From a virus (Duplodnaviria > Caudoviricetes), in IMG/VR virus record IMGVR_UViG_3300047669_001907, positions 1 through 32,779 of that record: DNA of 32,779 bases. One strand, written 5' to 3'. This document shows, piece after piece, positions 9,310 to 17,551 of this stretch (the first letter of the stretch is position 1; each line of letters starts with the position of its first letter). The notes under the pieces are model-generated. The model was not told where the DNA came from and searched no databases. It saw nothing but the letters and a program-made list of their open reading frames with translations. A program made the translations under genes and the position numbers.

Positions 9310-10578
9310 TTATAATTCTTTTATAATTTGTTTGTTAATTGCTATTTCTTTGGCAAAATTATCCATTAAAAAGGTATGAACAATTTCTTGACTATATAGT
9401 CCGTGTACAAATGCTCCATTAGTTTCGCTGTTTCGTTCTATAACTAGTTTAAGTATTTTAGCTATCATTTTATATATGTTAATATATTCTGGATAGTGTA
9501 CACCTGCATGTCCAAAATGTTGAGATATTAATTCCGTTATTAGTTCTTTGTTTTTAACTGTATCTTTCATATCATCAAAATATTGTCCTAAACGACCACT
9601 GTTATAAAACAACCCTTCACATAATTTTGTTGTGTCTAAAATATTAGCAGATAATAATGGATAGTCATAATATTTGTTTAACATTATGTATGCGTTAATA
9701 TATTTTTGTAAAAGTTTAATATCAATGTTTAATCCTAACCGAGTTGTTAAATTATGAACTTTATTAGCATCTATTATATGCGACATAGGAAATTCAATAA
9801 TTTTGTTTTTTCTTTCTTCAATAATTTGCAAGTGAGCAGGATCTGGAAAATCTCGTAAAGAATAGTCTCTAATCCATCTTAAGCAATCCCATAATATTAT
9901 TGTTAGGAGTTTAACATAATCTCTTTGTTTATAAAATAGCCACTCGCGTGTCTCTTTCTTTTGTCCGTATAATTCTGATAGTACTTCTTCATCTCTTCTA
10001 GCTGATCTTTCTAATTCTTCTGGACGAACATCTTTTGTATGTTCCTCATCTATGTGTTCAGTTAAATGAAACCATTGCCGATCTATTATTAATTTTATAA
10101 TTTGAAGGTTAGTAAAAGATTCTTTATCTAAATAAACATGTACAAGATATCTGTTATCTTGTAGAAGAAAATCAATTTTATCATCTTTGTATATATGTTG
10201 AGCGTGAGTAAAATATACATGCTTTACATTGCCTTTTTCTTGCTCAAGCATTTTTTCAAAATATAATATATCGTTTACAGATACAGGCGGGCTCGCATTA
10301 ATGGTATTAGTTTCAGGATCAATCTCATTTGCTATATCAGGCCTTACACGGTCCAAATAATGATCTTTAAGGGATTCAGATAAATCTTCAAAATTAATAT
10401 TTGAATGAGCTATAACTTTTGATGTCATAAAATTTTCAGGTTCAAATATTTCTGAAAACCGCATATTGTAATCATTTGAATCTTGAAAATATACATCAGG
10501 ACTAAATTGCAGAAGTCGAACTAGAAAGTTCGCGGAGCGGCCTGCGTTAGCAGTAACTAATATATTATTGTTCAGCAT
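9310..10578 (-). CDS. Hypothetical protein with a sulfotransferase/P-loop-like N-terminus, inserted in the head operon
   Basis: ILVTANAGRSANFLVRLLQFSPDV...SEIFEP loosely resembles the 5'-PSB loop (xxRSGxxxL..L..HP...E.F) of sulfotransferases; more AT-rich than neighbours. Confidence 0.4.
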   Translation of the reverse strand: MLNNNILVTANAGRSANFLVRLLQFSPDVYFQDSNDYNMRFSEIFEPENFMTSKVIAHSNINFEDLSESLKDHYLDRVRPDIANEIDPETNTINASPPVSVNDILYFEKMLEQEKGNVKHVYFTHAQHIYKDDKIDFLLQDNRYLVHVYLDKESFTNLQIIKLIIDRQWFHLTEHIDEEHTKDVRPEELERSARRDEEVLSELYGQKKETREWLFYKQRDYVKLLTIILWDCLRWIRDYSLRDFPDPAHLQIIEERKNKIIEFPMSHIIDANKVHNLTTRLGLNIDIKLLQKYINAYIMLNKYYDYPLLSANILDTTKLCEGLFYNSGRLGQYFDDMKDTVKNKELITELISQHFGHAGVHYPEYINIYKMIAKILKLVIERNSETNGAFVHGLYSQEIVHTFLMDNFAKEIAINKQIIKEL

Positions 10579-10584
10579 AAAAAA

Positions 10585-10794
10585 TTATAGTGCTGATTCA
10601 GGTGCGGGTCTTGAATAAATTTTATCAAAAAAATCTTTACGTTTTGCAAGATCAGCTTTTTTGATTTCTTGCATTTTTCTCAATTTATTTAAATGTCGCA
10701 AAGTTAGTTTGATTTTGCGTGTATCAGACGGCTTTTGCTTTGTTAACCTATCATCGTCAGCGTCATAATATTCTACTAAATTAGTTAAATTCAT
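10585..10794 (-). CDS. Small basic head-assembly protein downstream of portal
   Basis: DTRKIKLTLRHLNKLRKM helix; start overlaps the portal stop (TAATG). Confidence 0.7.
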   Translation of the reverse strand: MNLTNLVEYYDADDDRLTKQKPSDTRKIKLTLRHLNKLRKMQEIKKADLAKRKDFFDKIYSRPAPESAL

Positions 10795-12506
10795 TATATT
10801 CCTCTTTCAGGTGGTGGTCCTTCTTCTGGCGGCGTGCCAGATATTGGGCTTTCTTGTCCTGACATATCAGGCGCCATTTCTGCTTCTGCTTCTGCTTCGG
10901 GCTCTAGACCTGCCATTTCAGTATCAACAGGTCGTACTCCTACTGCACTTAAATTATCTGCGGCTTCAACTTGACCGTCATCGGAACCTGCAACTACTGG
11001 ATTTTCTTCAGCCCACATTTTTTCATTTTCAACAATTTCATCTTCATTAAGATTTAAATATTTTTTAAGTGTAAACCTACGTGACAAAAATGGTGCTTCT
11101 GATAATGCTCCAAAAATATTTGCTCTTTGTTGATTAAGTTCTAGTTCTCGATACTCTGAGAAACTTTGTGGTTCTACAAATACTAAATCAAATAACCCAC
11201 TATCAACATTAACTCCTCTAAACTTTAAGAACAATTTAAACTCTTTATCAAATTCAGGCGCTACTAATGATTGCAATCGCTGACAATATTTTGTAAATCT
11301 AAATTCTTGTATAAATGCTGTTCCTACTCTTCCATCTACATAACTAGCAGTTCCATCATCTGGGCCTGTAGGAAGGTAAGAACTAGGAATCCGTAATGCC
11401 CTAAGCATTTTATTTGTAAAGTATCGTAAATCATCAATCTGTCCTAAATTCTCGCCTCCTGGCAATGTTTCAACTTTTGATCCTCGTCCTTCAGCAGTTT
11501 GTGCAAAGAAATAATCTTCCATAACACTAAGTGGATTATAACTAGCATCAACTACAGTTGCGCCACCCCCGGTACGTGATGGAATACGTCGTTGATGTAT
11601 TTCATTTTTAACACGTTCCACAAACCCCATCGCTTTATGTGATGGCATGTTTCCTACGTCAATGTAAAATACACGACGCTCCGGGGCTCTTTGTACTCTG
11701 TAAATTATAATAGCATCTTCTAATAGTTCTTTTTGTTTATATGTTTTAAAAACATGATCTAATATACTTTGACCAAACGGCCAATTTACATCTAACCCTT
11801 CGGTTAAACTTAAATGAACTACATGTTCTGCATCTACACCGTATTCTTTAATTTGATCAGAAAGTGCTGATGATTGCATATTATTAAAATTATGCTGTTG
11901 GACAATACCGCCTTGTTGCATTGTCTGCATACTAGAATAATTATCTGAGTGTGCTATAATTTCACTAGCAGTTTTTTCTTGCAGGTTTAATTGTAAATTG
12001 CGTATAACATATTGTTCAATTTCTTTACCTTTTGCTTCATTTATAATTGCTTTAGAAACATCAGCAGGATTAACCCAAATCCATTCATATGTTTCGGGAT
12101 CACGAATAAAAAATTGATCACCATATTTTAATGTACTACGTATCATGCGCCATAAACGTGTATCCCAATCATTAATGTTTGTCCATTGTTTTAATGATTT
12201 TTTAAGTACATCAATTTCAGCTTCAGTGGCTTCATCTTTAAAATTAAATTCAAAAGCCATATGATCGTTGTCACGTTGTTGCGTACAAAATTCAGACAAT
12301 GTATCAAGTGCGGCATTTACTTCGCTGTCAACATCTATCTGATCATACTGCATATAACGTTCAACACGATTAGGTTGTCCTGTATAAACTTCAGGTAACC
12401 AACTATGAAACCTATTATGTGTAGCAGACGGTCCACTACTACCAACCGTCTTTGCTTCTAATTTTTGTATGTCTGCACCTCTAAAGTGCTTTCGCCATCC
12501 GGCCAT
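10794..12506 (-). CDS. gp20: Portal vertex protein (gp20-like)
   Basis: LLEDAIIIYRVQRAPERRVFYIDVGNMP, EDYFF, RGSKVETLPGGENLGQIDD, EFRFTKYCQRLQ. Confidence 0.97.
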   Translation of the reverse strand: MAGWRKHFRGADIQKLEAKTVGSSGPSATHNRFHSWLPEVYTGQPNRVERYMQYDQIDVDSEVNAALDTLSEFCTQQRDNDHMAFEFNFKDEATEAEIDVLKKSLKQWTNINDWDTRLWRMIRSTLKYGDQFFIRDPETYEWIWVNPADVSKAIINEAKGKEIEQYVIRNLQLNLQEKTASEIIAHSDNYSSMQTMQQGGIVQQHNFNNMQSSALSDQIKEYGVDAEHVVHLSLTEGLDVNWPFGQSILDHVFKTYKQKELLEDAIIIYRVQRAPERRVFYIDVGNMPSHKAMGFVERVKNEIHQRRIPSRTGGGATVVDASYNPLSVMEDYFFAQTAEGRGSKVETLPGGENLGQIDDLRYFTNKMLRALRIPSSYLPTGPDDGTASYVDGRVGTAFIQEFRFTKYCQRLQSLVAPEFDKEFKLFLKFRGVNVDSGLFDLVFVEPQSFSEYRELELNQQRANIFGALSEAPFLSRRFTLKKYLNLNEDEIVENEKMWAEENPVVAGSDDGQVEAADNLSAVGVRPVDTEMAGLEPEAEAEAEMAPDMSGQESPISGTPPEEGPPPERGI

Positions 12507-12519
12507 GCTATTTCTCTTG

Positions 12520-14211
12520 TTATAGGTTTTCTTTTAATAGTTCTTTTAAACTATTTATTGCTATTTTAAGATCGTTTATTTCCTTAGAAATAAGTGCAGA
12601 AGCTGGACTTAACGCTCCGCTAATTGATTTGCCAATACTAGCAAATATATCTGGTTCTTGTGCATTTATTTGGGGGGCTGTTACTGTTGGAGCAGTATTG
12701 TCATGTGGTGAACCATTACCGGCCCACGTATTATACGCATCAGGTAATGTAGCAAATGGTGTTGCTCCACCTACATGAGCTAAAGTGCCCTGGATATATT
12801 GTGTCATATCCATACCTAAAAATTTTATAAGATCTTGTGGTATGCCTCCGGCCCACTGGTTCATCTGTTTCATACTCTCAACGCCAAAGTTTCCAGCAAT
12901 AACAAGTAATGAATTTGCTGAACCACTAATTTGTGCAATAATTTGTCTTTGAAAGTTTTCTAAAGATAACAATACATCTTTATCTGTACTTTCAAGATGG
13001 GCTTTCTGGTTTTTTCTAGCGACATCAAGTTCTTTGGTTGTCATTTCTTTAAAGTCAGATGCGGCAGTAGCGGCCATGTTCAACCCCTCATGTAAGCCTA
13101 ACATTACAACGTCTACGCTGTCAGCGGCTTTTACCATTTCTAAACCTAATGAGTTAATTGCACCTCCAAGTTGCTCCTTATCCCCTGATCCTAAAGCCTT
13201 AATAACAGCCTGTATTTTTGTAGGATCCGTTACACCAGCTAATTTTTGCAATTCTTCGGCTACTGCTAACCCTCCACCAGTTACATATGCTTTAATAAAA
13301 TCGTTAGCCATTACTGCACCAGTTTCTTTGCCAAACTGTTGTTGCATTTGAGCTACTAATCTTTGAATCATACCTCTTTCGATGTCAGCGGCTTCGTCAC
13401 CATCTCGATTTCGTACTTGACGTAGATATGTGCTAACATCAACTCTTTGTGTTGCAGATTGTGCTTCTAGCATTGCTTCTCGTCGACTACGTCCTGTAAT
13501 TTCTGCCATACCTGATGTTTCACTAATTAAGTTTTCCATTGCCGCGGCAGTCCGTTGGGTTACGTCAAGCCCAGTTGCACCTGATTGTCGTTCAATTTCA
13601 ATTTGGTTTAATAATAATTCATTTAATTCTTCTTGTTGCATACCATACATACCGAACTGTCTAGTATTTTCTTGTAATTGCCTTGATAACTGTGAAAATT
13701 GCATAAAGCCTTCAGTAGCCGACTCACCTAAATTACGTATAGCCAAATTGTGTTCACCAACTGTACTTGCAAACTCATCAATAAACATAAATGCATTAGC
13801 TGATGAATTTACTAAATCAATATACTCGGAGTTTAATCCTGAACCAACATCTGATAATTGTCTAACTATCTGTACATATTTGTCTAGAGCACCAAGTGAT
13901 GTTGCAATAATTTGCCCAGTTCCGCCTTTAACACCTGATGCTAATATTGCATCCGAAAGACTTTTAAACGATCCATCCATCTTACCAAACGTTCGTATTA
14001 ATCGTAAATTGTAATCAAGTGATGCTTTTCCGGTTTTTTCAACTGCTTTTGTAGTACCGCGTGTTGCTTGTACTTGAGTTCTACTATCTCGCCTATCTTG
14101 ACCCGCATCTCCAGCTATTGCAGAACGAACAGCCTGCAGAGTTTCTTCTGTAGCCCATAATGGGAACTCGATACCTTGATCAATGAATGTTGCTTTGGAG
14201 ATGTTTGCCAT
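12520..14211 (-). CDS. Tape-measure / baseplate hub-like protein (gp29-like)
   Basis: Helical A/G/Q/M-rich protein with N-terminal PLWATEETL; divergent from gp26. Start moved to ATG 14211, which lies downstream of a late-promoter motif. Confidence 0.6.
   Translation of the reverse strand: MANISKATFIDQGIEFPLWATEETLQAVRSAIAGDAGQDRRDSRTQVQATRGTTKAVEKTGKASLDYNLRLIRTFGKMDGSFKSLSDAILASGVKGGTGQIIATSLGALDKYVQIVRQLSDVGSGLNSEYIDLVNSSANAFMFIDEFASTVGEHNLAIRNLGESATEGFMQFSQLSRQLQENTRQFGMYGMQQEELNELLLNQIEIERQSGATGLDVTQRTAAAMENLISETSGMAEITGRSRREAMLEAQSATQRVDVSTYLRQVRNRDGDEAADIERGMIQRLVAQMQQQFGKETGAVMANDFIKAYVTGGGLAVAEELQKLAGVTDPTKIQAVIKALGSGDKEQLGGAINSLGLEMVKAADSVDVVMLGLHEGLNMAATAASDFKEMTTKELDVARKNQKAHLESTDKDVLLSLENFQRQIIAQISGSANSLLVIAGNFGVESMKQMNQWAGGIPQDLIKFLGMDMTQYIQGTLAHVGGATPFATLPDAYNTWAGNGSPHDNTAPTVTAPQINAQEPDIFASIGKSISGALSPASALISKEINDLKIAINSLKELLKENL
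12552..12558 (-). promoter_or_regulatory. Putative late promoter (ATAAATA) for portal
   Basis: About 46 nt upstream of the portal ATG, inside the 3' end of the upstream gene. Confidence 0.4.
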
Positions 14212-14213
14212 GA

Positions 14214-14248
14214 ATAAATACCTATTAGAAACCTTCAACTAATATTTA
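14214..14248. promoter_or_regulatory. Pair of overlapping opposite-facing late promoters
   Basis: ATAAATA on + at 14214-14220 (33 nt before ATG 14253) and GTAAATA on - at 14243-14249 (32 nt before ATG 14211). Confidence 0.55.
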
Positions 14249-14252
14249 CCAC

Positions 14253-15077
14253 ATGGAAAATCCGTTACAACAATACTTTAGATCGCCTGGCGCTTTTATA
14301 AAATTACCTAGTAAGGGTAAATTTTATAATACTCCACCAAAATTATCTTTAGATGGAGAGCTTGCAGTATATCCAATGACTGCCGAGGACGAGATATGGT
14401 TAAAAAATCCTGACACATTATTAAATGGCGAAGGATTAAAAAAAATTATAAAAAGTTGTACTCCTGATATTCACGATATTGATGAAGTACCTATTGCAGA
14501 TGCTGATGTAATCTTAATAGGTGCTCGACTTGCTACATACGGCGAAGAGTTTGATGTAACAAGTGAATGTCCTGAATGTAAACAAAGTACAGACTATACA
14601 TTTAAATTAACAGAGATTTTATCAAATGTCAAGGAAATTGATGAAACTCCGGTTATAAACATTAAAGACTTAAAAGTTTATCTTCAGCCATCGCGAATTA
14701 ATATACAAACTAAAATTACTATGGCTAGCTTAGAGTACCAAATGATGTTGCGTGAACTTGACACTTCAAAAACTGATAACAAAAAGCAACTATCAATAAT
14801 GACAGACTATTCTGTTAAATTAACAAAATTAAATTTTGAAAATTTAAGAGATGGTATTATAAAAGTCGAAATGCCAGATGGCAATCATGTTGGTACGCCA
14901 GAACATATTTTAGAATGGTTAAAAAATATTACTAAGCCTGATTACGATAAACTACAAGGATCATTAGAAGAATTAAATAAATCCGGTACTGACTTGACAT
15001 ACGATGCAGAATGTCAAGGTTGCAAACACAAATATAAAACTGCCATTAGTTCCGATCCTATAAGTTTTTTCGCATAA
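14253..15077 (+). CDS. gp26: Baseplate hub assembly protein / tail chaperone (gp26-like)
   Basis: IKLPSKG, PMTAEDE, D..LIGARLATYGE, two CxxC motifs (CPEC, CQGC), C-terminal SFF. Confidence 0.85.
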   Translation: MENPLQQYFRSPGAFIKLPSKGKFYNTPPKLSLDGELAVYPMTAEDEIWLKNPDTLLNGEGLKKIIKSCTPDIHDIDEVPIADADVILIGARLATYGEEFDVTSECPECKQSTDYTFKLTEILSNVKEIDETPVINIKDLKVYLQPSRINIQTKITMASLEYQMMLRELDTSKTDNKKQLSIMTDYSVKLTKLNFENLRDGIIKVEMPDGNHVGTPEHILEWLKNITKPDYDKLQGSLEELNKSGTDLTYDAECQGCKHKYKTAISSDPISFFA

Positions 15078-15310
15078 GGCTTCTCAACGCAGGATATTCA
15101 AATATCGAATCGTTAGTTGGGGAGTATAAGGCCGAGAGCGATCAATTTATAAAGTACTTGTTAGAAATTGTAGTTTACAGTGACGGTATTGTAAATTACA
15201 AAGATGTCATTTCTATGACTCCTAAGGAACGAGAATTGTTACAAATAGTTTTAACTGAGAAAAATGAAAAGTTAAAACAACAACATGCGGAACAAGCATC
15301 TAAAAGGTAG
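15065..15310 (+). CDS. gp51: gp51-like baseplate hub assembly domain, probably reached by -1 frameshift from gp26 (not in ORF track)
   Basis: The -1 frame is open 15050-15310: FFRIRLLNAGYSNIESLVGEYKAESDQFIKYLLEIVVYSDGIVNYKDVISMTPKERELLQIVLTEKNEKLKQQHAEQASKR. MTPKER..L....E resembles gp51. There is no early ATG/GTG; slippery T TTT TTC at 15065-15071. Confidence 0.7.
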   Translation, partial: FFRIRLLNAGYSNIESLVGEYKAESDQFIKYLLEIVVYSDGIVNYKDVISMTPKERELLQIVLTEKNEKLKQQHAEQASKR

Positions 15311-16157
15311 AAGGCATACTAAAATCTCTACGTGTATTAGACCAATGTGCATTTAGCCCGTCCCATTTTTGTGATACTTTAGCCATTGTCCTCCAAGACA
15401 TTTCATCAAGCGGTATTTTAGTAGCAGGTTCTCGTACTAGTTTATGTGGCAATGGACTTTTATATGTTCGTAATCCTACTCCTGATTCAGAAAATATATG
15501 ATGCCATCCTGTGTGTGTATGAAAATGTTTCTCTCCATTTAAGATTCTTTTTTTCATAATATCAGTTATGTTAGGATACACCATGTCTGATGCGGATTGG
15601 CTTCCAAAAAATAATATATCAACAATTTTTGTTCTGCCATCTCTAAAAGTCATATCAGTTGTATAGATACCATCCGGTGCTTTATCATTAGCCCAACTTA
15701 TTGCATCCTCTATCGGAGCCGCCGCATTAGGATTAATTGCACAATCTAAACGCATTCTATATACTATGTCATAATGATCATCTAATAATTTATATGAATT
15801 CATCATGCTAAAGAACATGCCATATGCTTGATAATTTCCTGCATGTCCTATTTCACATTCTGTTTCTTGTTTTTCATGATCCTTCCAATAACAACATCCA
15901 GGATTTTCTTCCAACCAATTGTCTATGATATCATATCCTGTAACTTGTATACGTTTAAATGGATAGTAAGTGTTTAATTTTTCGGTGAGGTCAGGTATGT
16001 CGTGTTTTACAACAACTTCTGCTATTGTTTGAGTATCCCAGGTATGTAAGAAATAATCAACCTGGGTTTCTTTAGTTTCAAAATACGGACGATTGAAAAT
16101 ACATGCTACCTCAGCAAATCTAGGTTGACCGCTGAAACATACTGCAACTTTTTTCAT
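15300..16157 (-). CDS. Putative glycosyltransferase-like protein
   Basis: KVAVCFSGQPR, VDYFLHTW, MFFS and YDIVYRMRLD motifs of a GT-like family common in phage and large-virus glycan clusters. Confidence 0.6.
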   Translation of the reverse strand: MKKVAVCFSGQPRFAEVACIFNRPYFETKETQVDYFLHTWDTQTIAEVVVKHDIPDLTEKLNTYYPFKRIQVTGYDIIDNWLEENPGCCYWKDHEKQETECEIGHAGNYQAYGMFFSMMNSYKLLDDHYDIVYRMRLDCAINPNAAAPIEDAISWANDKAPDGIYTTDMTFRDGRTKIVDILFFGSQSASDMVYPNITDIMKKRILNGEKHFHTHTGWHHIFSESGVGLRTYKSPLPHKLVREPATKIPLDEMSWRTMAKVSQKWDGLNAHWSNTRRDFSMPSTF

Positions 16158-16588
16158 ATTTCTAGTTTAGAAAAATCATCTGTACAAACACCATGAAACT
16201 CATTAAGTTTTAAAGTGCCATTTGGTTTTACTGCTATAGTGCGAATGTCGCTTCCTTCCCAACCAGGGTAGGCCCATATAAAACCTTTTGATGTTACTGT
16301 ATAATTGTCTTCTTGATGCCAAAAACAATTAATTCGAGGAAATCCTAATAGATAATCTAGTGCTTCAAAATTCTTAGCATGACACCATAATCTATCTGCT
16401 CGTTGTTGGATCCAATCGTAATCAGTCATATAGCTCGGAGAATTATGTCCTAACCATAAACCATCCTTATGAAACCATACATCTATTTCAACTTCATATC
16501 CTTTAAGCAAGGTTTCGTCAATATAATCAGGAGAGTTTTCATATTCGCTTATCCCAGCGATATTACCCCTGTGTGCTATTTTAATCAT
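16154..16588 (-). CDS. Short glycerophosphodiester phosphodiesterase (GDPD/PLC-like) protein
   Basis: IAHRGN...ENSP...GYEVEIDVW...LWLGH...GVCTD; GGAG RBS. Confidence 0.8.
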   Translation of the reverse strand: MIKIAHRGNIAGISEYENSPDYIDETLLKGYEVEIDVWFHKDGLWLGHNSPSYMTDYDWIQQRADRLWCHAKNFEALDYLLGFPRINCFWHQEDNYTVTSKGFIWAYPGWEGSDIRTIAVKPNGTLKLNEFHGVCTDDFSKLEI

Positions 16589-16590
16589 TA

Positions 16591-16660
16591 TGTTAACTCC
16601 ATTAACAAACGATAAGCCTTCAGCTTATCGAAACTTTCAGATACTACGTATCTTCAGTTT
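16591..16660 (-). other. Three tandem hairpins with GNA triloops; the middle one is terminator-like, the last holds the RBS in its loop
   Basis: Minus strand: AGATAC-GTA-GTATCT (16639-16653), CGATAAGCT-GAA-GGCTTATCG then TTTGTT (16610-16630), TGTTAAT-GGA-GTTAACA (16591-16607). Confidence 0.65.
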
Positions 16661-16677
16661 AAACTTTTTGTAAAAGA

Positions 16678-16685
16678 TATTTATA
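16678..16685 (-). promoter_or_regulatory. T4 consensus late promoter TATAAATA
   Basis: Exact T4 gp55 consensus in intergenic DNA upstream of the GDPD/GT-like genes. Confidence 0.6.
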
Positions 16686-16723
16686 CTAGAAAATAAGACT
16701 TATTTAGAACTTATTCCCTGAGT

Positions 16724-17014
16724 GTCAAGTCACACTTAGCCTGTTTACGGCTAAATGTGCCTATTCCCTTCGGACTACACACCTTCTATCAACTAACCTT
16801 TAATTAAAGGAAAACGCGGTTGGGCTGTACGCTTTTAAAGTCTGCTTATCCAACGCAGGTTAACTACGATTATAACTATAGAAGGCAGTTATAATCAACC
16901 TTGCAGGTTCCAAAGTAGTCAGGATTGCCTGCTCGTTCCCATCTCGCGACTATGGGCTCGTGATTTTTTTGTGCCTACGGAAATCCGAACGGGCGTACCC
17001 GAACTCGACCGGTC
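16724..17014 (-). ncRNA. Putative ~290-nt structured non-coding RNA of unrecognised family
   Basis: No ORF and locally GC-rich. Closing stem 17003-17009/16724-16730, 11-bp hairpin 16731-16759, 10-bp stem 16868-16896 whose loop pairs with 16782-16789 (pseudoknot), long-range GACTAC/GTAGTC. Three stem mismatches are G.U on the minus strand. Confidence 0.65.
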
Positions 17015-17542
17015 TTACGACAATAGCGGCTGTGGGATACCATTCATTGAATAGTATTTTACTGAATCCATATTTAATTCCCAAAATTCTTTATAGCCTG
17101 TTATTACCCAATGTTTGTATATAATATGCCTATTAGTAGTAAAAATATTAAAAAGCCGTTTTTGAAAGCCTATGTATTTGCCTTTGTGATTAAACTTTAG
17201 TATTAGTAAGTTTAAATCATTTTCTTCAGCTACTTCTAGTAACTGTCCTGTCCATTCGTCTAATAATCTAATATCATCGCTGAGTAACAATTGATGAAAT
17301 GGAAAATCAGCATATGATTTGCATTCCACGTTAAAGTATTTCCAGTCGTCAGGTGGTATTATATCCCCTCTAAAGGATTGTATTTGACCGTCCGATAAGT
17401 ATTCTTTACGTATAACGTTTGAGCCGCCAACATACGCACCGGATGAAGGGGTTCGTATAAAGCTCTCATTATATAAGGTGGATAGTTTATTTGCGGTTTC
17501 TCTTTCAAACGAGCTACCCTTAGTTTTACTTTTGCTTGGCAT
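17015..17542 (-). CDS. Holliday junction resolvase-like nuclease (Hjc-type PD-(D/E)XK)
   Basis: SKTKGSSFERE, RTPSSGA, GDII, VECKSY. Confidence 0.85.
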   Translation of the reverse strand: MPSKSKTKGSSFERETANKLSTLYNESFIRTPSSGAYVGGSNVIRKEYLSDGQIQSFRGDIIPPDDWKYFNVECKSYADFPFHQLLLSDDIRLLDEWTGQLLEVAEENDLNLLILKFNHKGKYIGFQKRLFNIFTTNRHIIYKHWVITGYKEFWELNMDSVKYYSMNGIPQPLLS

Positions 17543-17551
17543 GCAACTTTT

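Noticed and set aside
198-14014. Plus-strand ORFs opposite structural genes (198-497, 2307-2579, 7225-7449, 7851-8147, 8643-9107, 13034-13351, 13430-14014 and others)
   Set aside because: Antisense shadows of well-supported minus-strand genes; Ser/Pro/Val-rich mirror composition and no recognisable motifs.
16770-16932. Group I intron reading of the structured element (GACTAC/GTAGTCC is P7-like; GGCAATCCTGA is Q-like)
   Set aside because: The G-binding bulge geometry does not fit (C opposite C), I could not build P3/P4/P6, and neither flanking gene appears interrupted. Still worth a cmscan check.
16589-17014. tRNA, tmRNA, RNase P or CRISPR array in the intergenic region
   Set aside because: No cloverleaf with T-loop and CCA end, no RNase P P4 consensus, and no direct repeat-spacer periodicity.
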